Shown here: one piece after another, positions 11,625 to 28,826 of the stretch
How the letters are laid out: every line of letters starts with the position of its first letter
Numbering within the stretch: position 1 is the first letter of the stretch
From: Macrostomum lignano
Lineage: Eukaryota
DNA length: 64,000 nucleotides
Direction of reading: 5' to 3'
Assembly: GCA_002269645.1 (NCBI GenBank)
Contig: NIVC01001270.1
Coordinates: 62,001 to 126,000 of the forward strand
Notes under the pieces: model-generated
Seen by the model: the letters and a program-made list of their open reading frames with translations, nothing else
Told to the model about the DNA's origin: nothing
The model's database searches: none
Position numbers and translations under genes: made by a program

Positions 11625-12800
11625 TCAGATTGACCACTTCCCCAATCCTCAGGTGTACCACTTCCCCAATCCTCAAGTTAACCACTTCCCCAATCCTCAA
11701 GTTAACCACTTCCCCAATCCTCAAGTTAACCACTTCCCCAATCCTCAGGTTGACCACTTCCCCAATCCTCAGGTGTACCACTTCCCCAATCCTCAGGTGT
11801 ACCACTTCCCCAATCCTCAGGTGTACCACTTCCCCAATCCTCAGGTTGACCACTTTCCCAATCCTCAGGTTGACCACTTCCCCAATCCTCAAGTTAACCA
11901 CTTCCCCAATCCTCAGGTTGACCACTTCCCCAATCCTCAGGTTGACCACTTCCCCAATCCTCAGGTGTACCACTTCCCCAATCCTCAGGTTGACCACTTC
12001 CCCAATCCTCAGGTTGACCACTTCCCCAATCCTCAGGTTGACCACTTCCCCAATCCTCCTCAGGTTGACCACTTCCCCAATCCTCAGGTTGACCACTTCC
12101 CCAATCCTCCTCAGGTGTACCACTTCCCCAATCCTCAGGTTGACCACTTCCCCAATCCTCCTCAGGTTGACCACTTCCCCAATCCTCAGGTTGACCACTT
12201 CCCCAATCCTCAGGTTGACCACTTCCCCAATCCTCAGGTTGACCACTTCCCCAATCCTCAGGTTGACCACTTCCCCAATCCTCCTCAGGTTGACCACTTC
12301 CCCAATCCTCAGGTTGACCACTTCCCCAATCCTCAGGTTGACCACTTCCCCAATCCTCAGGTTGACCACTTCCCCAATCCTCCTCAGGTTGACCACTTCC
12401 CCAATCCTCAAGTTAACCACTTCCCCAATCCTCAGGTTGACCACTTCCCCAATCCTCAGGTTGACCACTTCCCCAATCCTCAGGTTGACCACTTCCCCAA
12501 TCCTCAGGTTGACCACTTCCCCAATCCTCAGGTTGACCACTTCCCCAATCCTCAGGTTGACCACTTCCCCAATCCTCAGGTTGACCACTTCCCCAATCCT
12601 CAGGTTGACCACTTCCCCAATCCTCCTCAGGTTGACCACTTCCCCAATCCTCCTCAGGTTGACCACTTCCCCAATCCTCCTCAGGTTGACCACTTCCCCA
12701 ATCCTCAGGTTGAACACTTCCCCAATCCTCCTCAGGTTGACCACTTCCCCAATCCTCAGGTTGACCACTTCCCCAATCCTCAGGTTGACTACTTTCCCCT
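11625..12800. repeat. 21/24-bp minisatellite between the convergent GPATCH1 and KChIP genes
   Basis: About 54 copies of TTGACCACTTCCCCAATCCTCAGG-type units. The +CCT variant appears only from ~12055 onward. Confidence 0.97.
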
Positions 12801-12857
12801 GAGGCCTCTGATTGGCGTCCAGTATCAGTTGTAAAAACGCGTCAGGGTCGTCTCTAT

Positions 12858-19269
<6,412 letters not shown>

Positions 19270-19571
19270 TGGCTGCCTGCTGTTGCTGCTGCTAGTGCTG
19301 GTCCGTCGTGCTGCACTGCGCTTGCGATAGCTCGGGATTGCCTTTTATGCCGCGGGTCTTGGATTTGAAACTAACCCTCCTCGCTCCCATTGGTTGGGCT
19401 CGTCGAGCAAGGAGGACTTGAACGAGAATCTGTAGGAGTTAGCGACACGACACGACAGGCGTACACGCTTGAGGTTGAACTTGCTCTTTTATTTTTAATC
19501 CTGAATAGTTCTTAAGTAAGAGCTGGTTTTGACCCAAGTTTTGAAGCATAAATCTCCGTTGTTTGCGATGG

Positions 19572-19847
19572 AATAATAATAACTGCTTGCTTACGCCTGC
19601 ATCAATGGCAGATGTGCAACCGACAGCTCAGCCGCAGCTATTGCGCGGCGCATCTGAAGGCTGCGTACGGCTGTTCAGTCCAAGGACTGGGGGGTCGCAA
19701 CACACCCTCAATTACCCCAGCTAATGCTGGCACCCATTTTACAGCTGGGTGAACTGAAGCAATGCAGAGTTAAGTGTCTTGCTCAAGGACACAAATTGTC
19801 CCGAGGGGGTCGGGAATCGAACTCCCGACATTTTAGTCGTGATGTCC
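19572..19847 (-). mobile_element. SINE family A copy
   Basis: Reverse complement aligns with 16265-16557, including B box GAGTTCGATTCCC and TGTGTCCTTGAGCAAGACACTTAACTCTGCATTGCTTCAGTTCACCCAGCTGTAAAATGGG. Confidence 0.85.
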
Positions 19848-20607
19848 CTTTTTTATTCAGAAAAGCTGAACAACCCGCTCTGTCGAATGCTGAGAAGGTG
19901 TAAAAATGTGCTTTCTGAGGGTCTGAGACAAGCGTGTCAAAATCCAGATCCTCGTTTTAGCTCTCCTTGGCTCGACTGCCACTGATAGCCCAATCTTCTG
20001 CTCAACAGCTGCCCGTACAAATTACAGGCCTCGTGGCAATTCATAATTGCTATAATAGCGACGCTCTCGTACAGGCTGCTCGTGCGCACGCGGCACTGTG
20101 TGAAATACAAATAGCTTTTTCTTGTTGGAATGCTCAGTTTACCTCGGGCTGCTTTGGGCAGCTTCTCATCTGCCTCATCTTGAGGGAAGTGAGAGCAAGG
20201 CAGAGCGGCAGTCGCGGGCTAATTGCAGGCTCTAATGAGCACTGGCGCTACACTGAGCTTTCAATGCGTTTTTCTCTACACTCTCGCTGCATTATAGCTG
20301 GCGTCACGAAACGGCGCCGTGCTTGTGGGGCCGGGTGAGGATCTGTAAAAACGAAAAGGGGATCTCTCTTGGTGCGCTTGTCAGGCATATAGAGTGACTG
20401 ATTGTTAAATAAAGCTAGTTGAATGATTAACTAATTAATTAAGAAACTGGCATAATCAAATGGCAACCGTGTTCAGACATGAGCCCTGTTCTCATTATTG
20501 TTTTTGTTTAATCTATCCGCTTCGTTATCTCTAAAGCTGCCTTTCATATACCTCTCCCTTACTCCCGCTGTTGTGTCTCGGTCTCACCTTCTCTCCCTTT
20601 CATGTTC

Positions 20608-21075
20608 CCTTCCACTCCCTCTATCTGCATCTCACCCCTCTCTCCCTCACTCCCTCTATCTGCATCTCACCCTCTCTTCCTCACTCCCTCTATCTGCATC
20701 TCACCCTCTCTTCCTCACTCCTCTATCTGCATCTCACCCCTCTCTTCTTCACTCCCTCTATCTGCATCTCACCCCTCTCTTCCTCACTCCCTCTACCTGC
20801 ATCTCACCCCTCTCTTCCTCACTCCCTCTACCTGCATCTCACCCCTCTCTTCCTCACTCCCTCTATCTGCATCTCACCCCTCTCTTCTTCACTCCCTCTA
20901 TCTGCATCTCACCCCTCTCTTCTTCACTCCCTCTATCTGCATCTCACCCCTCTCTTCCTCACTCCCTCTATCTGCATCTCACCCCTCTCTTCTTCACTCC
21001 CTCTATCTGCATCTCACCCTCTATTCCTCACTCCCTCTATCTGCATCTCACCCTCTTTTCCTCACTCCCTCTATC
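20608..21075. repeat. ~35-36-bp pyrimidine-rich minisatellite
   Basis: Tandem CTCACTCCCTCTATCTGCATCTCACCCCTCTCTTC. Confidence 0.95.
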
Positions 21076-22048
21076 TCGGACAATCTAACTAGCCTTGTGT
21101 GGCCTACTCCAGTCCATCAGTTCGATTTTTCTCTCCACTCTCCTAGAGGAAGAATATTGAATTATTCTTCGCTCCATGCCCAACAAAAAGAGCAGGACTG
21201 CTCGCGGCCTCTTCTCTGCTTCTCTAGTTGGCATTGCTCAATTCCGGATCGCGACTCCCCAATTGGCAGGAGGGTCAGCGGGTGGAGTGCTGGCCGTTGA
21301 AAGCGGTCGCAGTTTCCAGCCGAAGATTGAAGACGCATGGGCATACGTCTAGGTAAACCTTGTTGCTGCTATCAGGCAAGGCCTCTCCTAGGAGACAGCT
21401 GGCTGGGTTGGCAAAAGAAGAGAGCGAGACAGAGAGAAGGAAATTGCATACTCCTCCTAAATTATGATCCTGAGTTTGTGGCGGACTATAGGGGCTGACT
21501 GGAGCTTCTCTGCTTTAATCTTCTCTTCTTAATCTTCCCTGCTTTAGACTAGTCCAGGCCTTTCTACTGTAACTATACAGCATCACCTTTGTAAGGCATT
21601 GGATGCTCGTTTTGCAACACACATACAAAACTAACCAATCTCTTTTCAGCACTTGAAGAAGTGTCAATAAGTACAACGGAACTGATATGTATCCAAAGTC
21701 AACTTCCAGTTCAAGAATTTTATTGCATAGTAAAGGGAAACCAGCATTTTTATTGGTTTCAAGCTTTCTGTCTATGGCCAAAACTGAATGGAGAAGTGAG
21801 GCAACCCCTGGTTCGATTCCGCAGCTGATCGAGTGGAAATCGTTAATCAATCTCACAAGCTGCTCAAATTTCGGCCATACTTTCAACCATAGACAATCGA
21901 GTAAACATGGAATGAAGCAATATAAAAACTGCAATTTAGTTTGCTAATCTCTTGTCAGCCGGTTCGCTAAAATTCGTTTGCACTCAATTTAATAAGTAGG
22001 TCCCATTCCCAGAGCAGGAAATTTCGCTTGGACAGAACACCGCCTGCG

Positions 22049-22561
22049 ATGCAGTCCAGCGAGCTGGTTGAGGCGACTAGCAAAGCGGCTACAGAACTGC
22101 CGGATCTGCCCAAAGGTGTCGTCAGCAGCGACTGTCCAGCCGCGGATCCGGCGGCCGCTGAATTCCCGGGCGTGCGAAATTTGATCAGAAAGTTTGACAG
22201 CTTGGGCGGCGGCAGCAGCGGGGCGTCGTCGGCCAGCGTTCGCGCCAAGTCGCCGTCGCAGCCACACTTCAAACGGTCAACGACGACGGTTTTAACAGCG
22301 GCCGCCAGAGCTCAGGAGGAGGCCGCGGTGTCGTCGCCATTAACGGAGGTCACTGCCGAGAGCTCAAAGCCACCGCTTGGAGAAGAAGACGCAAATTTGA
22401 ACACCAGCGACACCACAGCAGCCGAAGCCAAGAACGAGGAGGCTGACAATACAGCGACGGTGGCCGCCGCCGTGGACGAACCCGATGCCGAACAGTCGCC
22501 AAGTTGCGGCGGCGTCGGTGACATCGGTGGCGCGAATTTGCTCGAAGATGGCGGCAGCGGT

Positions 22562-22593
<32 letters not shown>

Positions 22594-24388
22594 AGAGATG
22601 CAGTCCGCCGTTTGCGACGTGGTAGAATTCGACGATGGTTCAGTCGACGTTGAGCAGTCGGCAGCCGCTGCTCAGGCTACGAAGGATCCAGCTTCCACTC
22701 AGAATGATGAGGCGAATTCGAGCGTCACTGATACGGCCTCAGCCTCCGCGTCCGGTGCTGCCGGAGATGCGGAGCAACCTGCAGAAGAGGCTGTGGAAGC
22801 TCCGGAGTCTGGGGATGGAGAAGAGACTGGCGAGTCAGTTGAGAAAGCGGAGGAAGCAGAGGAAGAAGCAGATTTGGTGGACGTTGCTCAGGGAGCGGAG
22901 GGAGGGCCGGAGGCGGTGACCATGGACCAGTCTGAGACATCTGCCGAGATCATACAGGACGCTGCGGACACACCAGAGCCGCCGTCAAAAGCCGTTGCCA
23001 AGGTGGTGACGGGATCGCGCAAGCAGCGGCGACAGCAGAAACTCAAGCAGAAGCAGCAGCAGCGCCAGAGCGGCAAAAGCGCAGACGAGGAGGGCGTCAG
23101 CCGGGCCGACTCGATGAACGCGCTCGGGTCTAAGAAGCGCCGGCCAGCTCTGCTTAGCAACTGCGCCAGGACTCTTAAAAACAAAGGTGACAGTTAGCTG
23201 TATTTTTAAATTTTCTTTCTGTTGAATCAGTGCTGCGCCCTCCTTTGCTGAATCTATTTTGCTAGCAAAGCCGCTTTCCAACTATCTGGCTCTCAGAAAT
23301 AGTTACTCACCCATCCTGGTCTCTTCTCTTTCAATCACTCCTGCCCCTGCAATCACTCCTGCCCCTGCAATCACTCCTGCCCCTGCAATCACTCCTGCCC
23401 TGCAATCACTCCTGCCCTGCAATCACTCCTGCCCCTGCAATCACTCCTGCCCCTGCAATCACTCCTGCCCCTGCAATCACTCCTGCCCTGCAATCACTCC
23501 TGCCCTGCAATCACTCCTGCCCCTGCAATCACTCCTGCCCCTGCAATCACTCCTGCCCCTGCAATCACTCCTGCCCCTGCAATCACTCCTGCCCTGCAAT
23601 CACTCCTGCCCTGCAATCACTCCTGCCCCTGCAATCACTCCTGCCCCTGCAATCACTCCTGCCCCTGCAATCACTCCTGCCCCAGCAATCACTCCTGCCC
23701 CTGCAATCACTCCTGCCTGCAATCACTCCTGCCCCAGCAATCACTCCTGCCCTGCAATCACTCCTGCCCCTGCAATCACTCCTGCCCCAGCAATCACTCC
23801 TGCCCTGCAATCACTCCTGCCCCTGCAATCACTCCTGCCCCAGCAATCACTCCTGCCCTGCAATCACTCCTGCCCCTGCAATCACTCCTGCCCTGCAATC
23901 ACTCCTGCCCTGCAATCACTCCTGCCCCTGCAATCACTCCTGCCCCTGCAATCACTCCTGCCCCTGCAATCACTCCTGCCCCTGCAATCACTCCTGCCCC
24001 TGCAATCACTCCTGCCCCTGCAATCACTCCTGCCCTGCAATGCTAATTCACTGTAGCTTATAAAATCATTTTTTTAAAAGTCCGCGACGCCTCGCGCTCG
24101 ATGCTGTCCCTGGTGGCTCGGACGGACGAGACAATGTCGGCCACGGGAGCAAAGCAGCGACTTCTGCCAGCGTCGCCGGCCTCCTCTTCAGCCGCTGCCG
24201 CCGCTGCCGAGGAGGTGTCGCTTAACGACGATGAAATCGTTGATGTCGTCGACAACGAGGAGCTGTCGCCGCCGATGCTGTTGCCGCCGCCACCGCCGCC
24301 ACCGCCGTCGCCTCCGGTGCCTGAAGATTCGGGTCAACAGCAAGCCAACAACAGCTGCGTCTTGTTGGCAGACCAGCAGCCAATGTGA
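22049..24388 (+). CDS. Acidic, low-complexity, probably disordered protein of unknown family; exons 22049-23186 and 24081-24388 (481 aa)
   Basis: GC-rich open exon. A phase-1 GT-AG intron (G|GTGACA ... TTTTTAAAAG|TC) joins RTLKNK-V-RDASRSMLSLV in frame. No recognisable domain; upstream exons possible (acceptor at 22011-22012). Confidence 0.6.
23333..24040. repeat. 17/18-bp minisatellite in an intron
   Basis: Tandem CAATCACTCCTGCCC(C)TG. Confidence 0.97.
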
Positions 24389-25001
24389 GTTAACGAATTA
24401 ACTTGGCGTTCTTTATTGAGAAAATTGCCGTCTAGATGTTCCATTTTGATTAGATAATGAAAATTTTGACTGACTTTTCATGAGGACGCAACAATCTTGA
24501 CTGATCCCTGCATGCGTTCCGACTGTTGGTGAATGAGTTTCTTACGAATAAACCAAAGAAATTCTACAGCTCGGAGTGCCAACTCTTCCCAAACCTCTCA
24601 TTTATTCATACAAGTCTAGGCTGACCACAGTTCCTCAGTTTACACAAAAAAGGCGCGTTCTTTTATTTTACTAAATTGATCATAACTTCCGGGTTTGGTT
24701 GCATCTCGATTTCTGCAAGTTTAGTCTCGTTTTAAAACATGATGGTTAAATCCTTTTGTTATGTCTTCTTTTACACCGAAGAAAGACGGAAGATAGTGTT
24801 TGAGCGTTTGCGAGCTTATGCCACTCGAGAGCATAGCCGTTTCAGAAACTTAATATATTTCTTTGGCTCGCGAGCCGTCTCAAGCATTTAATACTGTACC
24901 GAGTATCTAGAGTTTCAACCCTAGACACTTTAGAAGCAGAAAGCAAACGAGGCCGAAGTCTATAAGAAGTCAGAAGTCACGTCACAACATCCCTCTTCCT
25001 T

Positions 25002-28000
25002 TCAATCTTGAGCCTGATACCTCTCCGGCGGTCTTCGCGTTCGCTGAGGGTATCTGCGATCCGCCATCGGTTGATCCTCAGCACTTGGAGGTTCTCTCAC
25101 TGGCTCATTCGTTGCCTCGGCTCTGTCCCTGACATGGTCACGGTGCACGACCAGATCTCGTCCTTGCTCGTCCCGCACTCGTCTCAACTGTTCGCCGACA
25201 GCTTCGCGCAGCACTCCTTCCCTCCACTCCTTGTTAAACGGATCCTGGACCCAGACTGGGCTGTAGGCTTGGTCAATCTGCTTGTCTTGAAAGGACCGAC
25301 GGTGCAGCAGTGAGAGTCTCGTGTTGAACTCGCGCCCAAACATTTCTCGGCACGGCGCGACTCCGTTGGCTCTTGGACAGACTCGCACCGCGTACAAAGC
25401 CTGTTGCATCCGAACCTCCGGATCTGGGTCATTCAGCTGCTTCAGCTTGGTCTTCAGCTTTTTCACTGCAGCCTCTGCTACGCCATTTGATGCGGGGTGG
25501 TAGCGGGGAGACTTCAGGTGTAACACTCCCATCCGCTTCAGCCAGGCCTCCGTCTCATGCGCCACAAACTGTCGTCCGTTGTCAGTGACTAGTACATCTG
25601 GGATACCAAAGTTGCAAAATGTTCTGCGGAGTACTCTGATGACCGACGTTGCATCGATTTCGCGCACCCATTCGGCAGCGATGAATCCCGTCTTGGCGTC
25701 TGAAACCACCAGAAAGTTGCTTCCATCCAGTTGTCCCAGGTCAGCGTGCACTCGGCACCAAGCCTCCTTTGGTACTGGCCATGGTTTGAGCACCGATTTC
25801 TGGGATGGTCTCATGCGCTGGCACGTGTGGCATTCCGAAACGCACTTTTCTATCTCTGTCTCCATTAGCGGCCACCAGACATCCTGGCGGGCCCACGCCT
25901 TCATGGCTTGCATTCCGGGATGGGAACAGTGGAGAAATTGGATGACTTGCGCTCGGAACTTCACCGGGATGACGATCCGATGGTCCAGTAGCAGTAGATG
26001 GTCGCTGCAATTCAGTCTGCACTGTACTCTTCTGTATGAGTCCGGCACGTCCTCACCAGATCGCAACCTCTGTAGAACGTCTTGGATCTCCTTGTCCTCC
26101 TTGGACGCCTGCTCCATCTGATCCTTCGTGACTGGTCCATCTTCTGACAGGGCGATGTCCACCGCAGCAACTTCGTTAACCGCTTCAGTCGCCGTTTTGT
26201 CGCTCCAGTTATTTCCGTCAGTTGGTAGTCTCGACAACGCGTCGGCATGAGGAATTTCGTGCGTTCTTTTGCCTCTGACTAGGTACTGGTACGTAGCCAG
26301 CAACTCAGCCCAGCGCTGAACTCTCTTACTTGCTCTCTCGGGCAGGTCTTTGTGTGATGCGAATAAGAATTCTAGAGGCTTGTGATCGGTCACAATCACA
26401 AAACTCCGATAAGCTAGGAATCGATTTAGCTTCTTGACGCACCAGACCACTCCGAGGGCTTCTCGTTCTAGCTGGCTGTATCGCGACTCCGCAGGTGTGA
26501 ATATCTTGGACACAAACGCTACAGGCCTTCCATTCTGCTCCAGCACTCCTCCAATGCCGTAGGGCGATGCATCTGTAGTCAGAGTTAGCTCCTTACTTGG
26601 ATCGTACGGCGCTAGCACCTGCCTTGGTGTAATGTCCTGCTTCAATTGCATCACGGCCTTCGTGTGTTCTTGTTGCCATGTCCAGTTGACATCTTTCTTC
26701 AGCAAGTTATACAGAATGGCAGTCTTCGTGGCCACTTGCGGGATGAACGGCGCATAGAAATTTATCAGTCCCAGAAATGTTCTCAGCTCTTCCTGGTTTC
26801 TTGGATCTTCCATGCTTTGTATTGCCGTCACCTTATCCTCGTTCATGCAGCATCCCTCCTTTGAGATCTTAAGGGCTAGAAATTCGACCTCTTCCTTGTC
26901 GAACTGGCACTTCTTAGCATTCAGTGTGATGTCATTTTCTTGCAGCCTTTTAAGTATTATTTCCGTCTTCTCAGCTAAATTTTCCCGGTTTTTTCCACAG
27001 ACTAGAATGTCGTCAATGAACACCACCACTCCGAGGACATCCCGAAGCAACTCGCATAGTGTGTTCTGAAACAATCCAGGAGCAGATGACAGTCCGTATG
27101 GTAATACCCTGTACCGAAAGTGACCAAAAGGTGTTGCGATAGTAGTGATATCCCGTGAGTCCTCGCACAGCTCCAGGTTATGGTATGCATCCTTCAAATC
27201 TAGCACAGTGAAACGGCTGCATCCTGAGATGGCTCGTTGCACATCCGCCTTTGTTGGCATATCGATTGGCGGTAGCCGTAAAAACTGGTTGACCCGTCTA
27301 TAGTCTCCACACAGCCTGATGTCTCCCGAGCTTTTGGGAACGACCACAATCGGACTAGCGAACACCGGCTGTTCTACTTTTTCAATTATCTTCCGCTTTT
27401 CCAGATCTTCTAATCTTTCCTTAACGGCTGGTACCAGCGAAAATGGGAGTGGTCGGGCCCTCGATACCACCGGTCTCGTGTTTTCTCGTACTTCCAACTT
27501 CACTTGAATTCGCTTATAAGCCACTGAAGCTTGACAACGGCGTTTGGTAACTTCGATACCCAAACTACTAAACCAATTTCGGCCAATAACCGGCTTTGCG
27601 TTCATGTCCATGACTACCACTGGTAATGAGCACTTACTTTCATCTTCGGTCTGAACTCGAACATCTGCGGTACCACATACTGGTAGGTCTTGTCCTCCGT
27701 ATGATGTTAGTCGACAATTTGGGTCTGTCCAATGCAGTCCTAGTTGTTCAGCCAAAATCTTAGAAATGCAGGTCACTGATGCACCAGAGTCCACCATCAT
27801 AGCAACGTCCTTATCGTTCAGTTTTACATTGATCCAGACGCTTGATCTGTCCCGGTCATCGCATAGGCTAAAAAGCTCATTGTCCTTGGCTGGTTCATCC
27901 TCCTCCTCGATTCCTGCACACTCTCGCATTGACAACTTTCCTTTAATGGAGCCAGATGCCATCCTTCCATGTGAGCTAGCTTGCTTGTTAAGCTTACATG

Positions 28001-28727
28001 CAGCTTCAAAATGGTTTATTTTCCCACATTTTCGACATTTTGCTCCAAACGCAGGGCATGCCTTTGGCGGGTGCCTCTTCATACAGAAATTGCAAGCCTT
28101 GCTGAATGTGCGTCCTTGAGCTTGGGCCCTGTTTTGTTGTCGTACTCTGCCCTTAGTCGCACTGACTGTTTCCACCTTTCCATTAGCGCTTAAGGCACTC
28201 TTGCTTACTTGCTCTTGCGCCGTGGCGGTCTCCACTGCCAGCTCCAGGGTCAGCGGGTCTTTGATAAGCAGCTCTTTCACCACCGACTCACTGCGCAGTC
28301 CTGCCACGAATCTGTCTCGCAAAGCTTCCTGTAGGAAATCTCCGAATTGACATCGGTCTGCTTGAGCACGTAACCTGTTCTCAAAATCTGCCGCTGATTC
28401 GTATTCATCTTGCTTCAGTAAGTTAAACTTGTAGCGCTCAGCTACAACCAGTTTCTTCTGCGGCACGACATGCTTCTCAATTTCATCCTTCAATTCCTTG
28501 AAGGTCTTGTTCTCTGGCTTCGCCGGAGCGACCAGGTTCCGCAGCTTGTCGTAGGCAGTTTCCCCCATGAGGCTTATGAAGAAGTCGGTCTTGGGCGAAA
28601 ACCCTTCCTCCTTCTCATCCTTCACGCCGGATCTCCTGCAGACGGCTTCAAACCGCTCGATCCAGGCCTCGAATTTGTCCTCTGTCCAGGGAAGCTCCCG
28701 CAGGTTCTCTCGAGACAGCGACGCCAT
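25002..28727 (-). CDS. Single gag-pol ORF, 1241 aa (gag, 2x CCHC, protease, RT, RNase H, integrase)
   Basis: Mag-type gag WIERFE...VAERYKF...LRDRFVAGL; knuckles CNFCMKRHPPKAC and CRKCGKINHFEAAC; protease DSGA; RT LPYGLSSAP...FIDD; RNase H TDAS...EREAL...TDH; integrase HHCC plus D(HAD)-D(TDNG)-E(GVAE). No stops. Confidence 0.96.
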   Translation of the reverse strand: MASLSRENLRELPWTEDKFEAWIERFEAVCRRSGVKDEKEEGFSPKTDFFISLMGETAYDKLRNLVAPAKPENKTFKELKDEIEKHVVPQKKLVVAERYKFNLLKQDEYESAADFENRLRAQADRCQFGDFLQEALRDRFVAGLRSESVVKELLIKDPLTLELAVETATAQEQVSKSALSANGKVETVSATKGRVRQQNRAQAQGRTFSKACNFCMKRHPPKACPAFGAKCRKCGKINHFEAACKLNKQASSHGRMASGSIKGKLSMRECAGIEEEDEPAKDNELFSLCDDRDRSSVWINVKLNDKDVAMMVDSGASVTCISKILAEQLGLHWTDPNCRLTSYGGQDLPVCGTADVRVQTEDESKCSLPVVVMDMNAKPVIGRNWFSSLGIEVTKRRCQASVAYKRIQVKLEVRENTRPVVSRARPLPFSLVPAVKERLEDLEKRKIIEKVEQPVFASPIVVVPKSSGDIRLCGDYRRVNQFLRLPPIDMPTKADVQRAISGCSRFTVLDLKDAYHNLELCEDSRDITTIATPFGHFRYRVLPYGLSSAPGLFQNTLCELLRDVLGVVVFIDDILVCGKNRENLAEKTEIILKRLQENDITLNAKKCQFDKEEVEFLALKISKEGCCMNEDKVTAIQSMEDPRNQEELRTFLGLINFYAPFIPQVATKTAILYNLLKKDVNWTWQQEHTKAVMQLKQDITPRQVLAPYDPSKELTLTTDASPYGIGGVLEQNGRPVAFVSKIFTPAESRYSQLEREALGVVWCVKKLNRFLAYRSFVIVTDHKPLEFLFASHKDLPERASKRVQRWAELLATYQYLVRGKRTHEIPHADALSRLPTDGNNWSDKTATEAVNEVAAVDIALSEDGPVTKDQMEQASKEDKEIQDVLQRLRSGEDVPDSYRRVQCRLNCSDHLLLLDHRIVIPVKFRAQVIQFLHCSHPGMQAMKAWARQDVWWPLMETEIEKCVSECHTCQRMRPSQKSVLKPWPVPKEAWCRVHADLGQLDGSNFLVVSDAKTGFIAAEWVREIDATSVIRVLRRTFCNFGIPDVLVTDNGRQFVAHETEAWLKRMGVLHLKSPRYHPASNGVAEAAVKKLKTKLKQLNDPDPEVRMQQALYAVRVCPRANGVAPCREMFGREFNTRLSLLHRRSFQDKQIDQAYSPVWVQDPFNKEWREGVLREAVGEQLRRVRDEQGRDLVVHRDHVRDRAEATNEPVREPPSAEDQPMADRRYPQRTRRPPERYQAQD

Positions 28728-28826
28728 TGTTATGTCTTCTTTTACACCGAAGAAAGACGGAAGATAGTGTTTGAGCGTTTGCGAGCTTATGCCACTCGAG
28801 AGCATAGCCGTTTCAGAAACTTAATA

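Noticed and set aside
27010-27025. FIDD rather than YxDD in the reverse transcriptase
   Set aside because: FIDD is a common functional variant in Ty3/Gypsy RTs.
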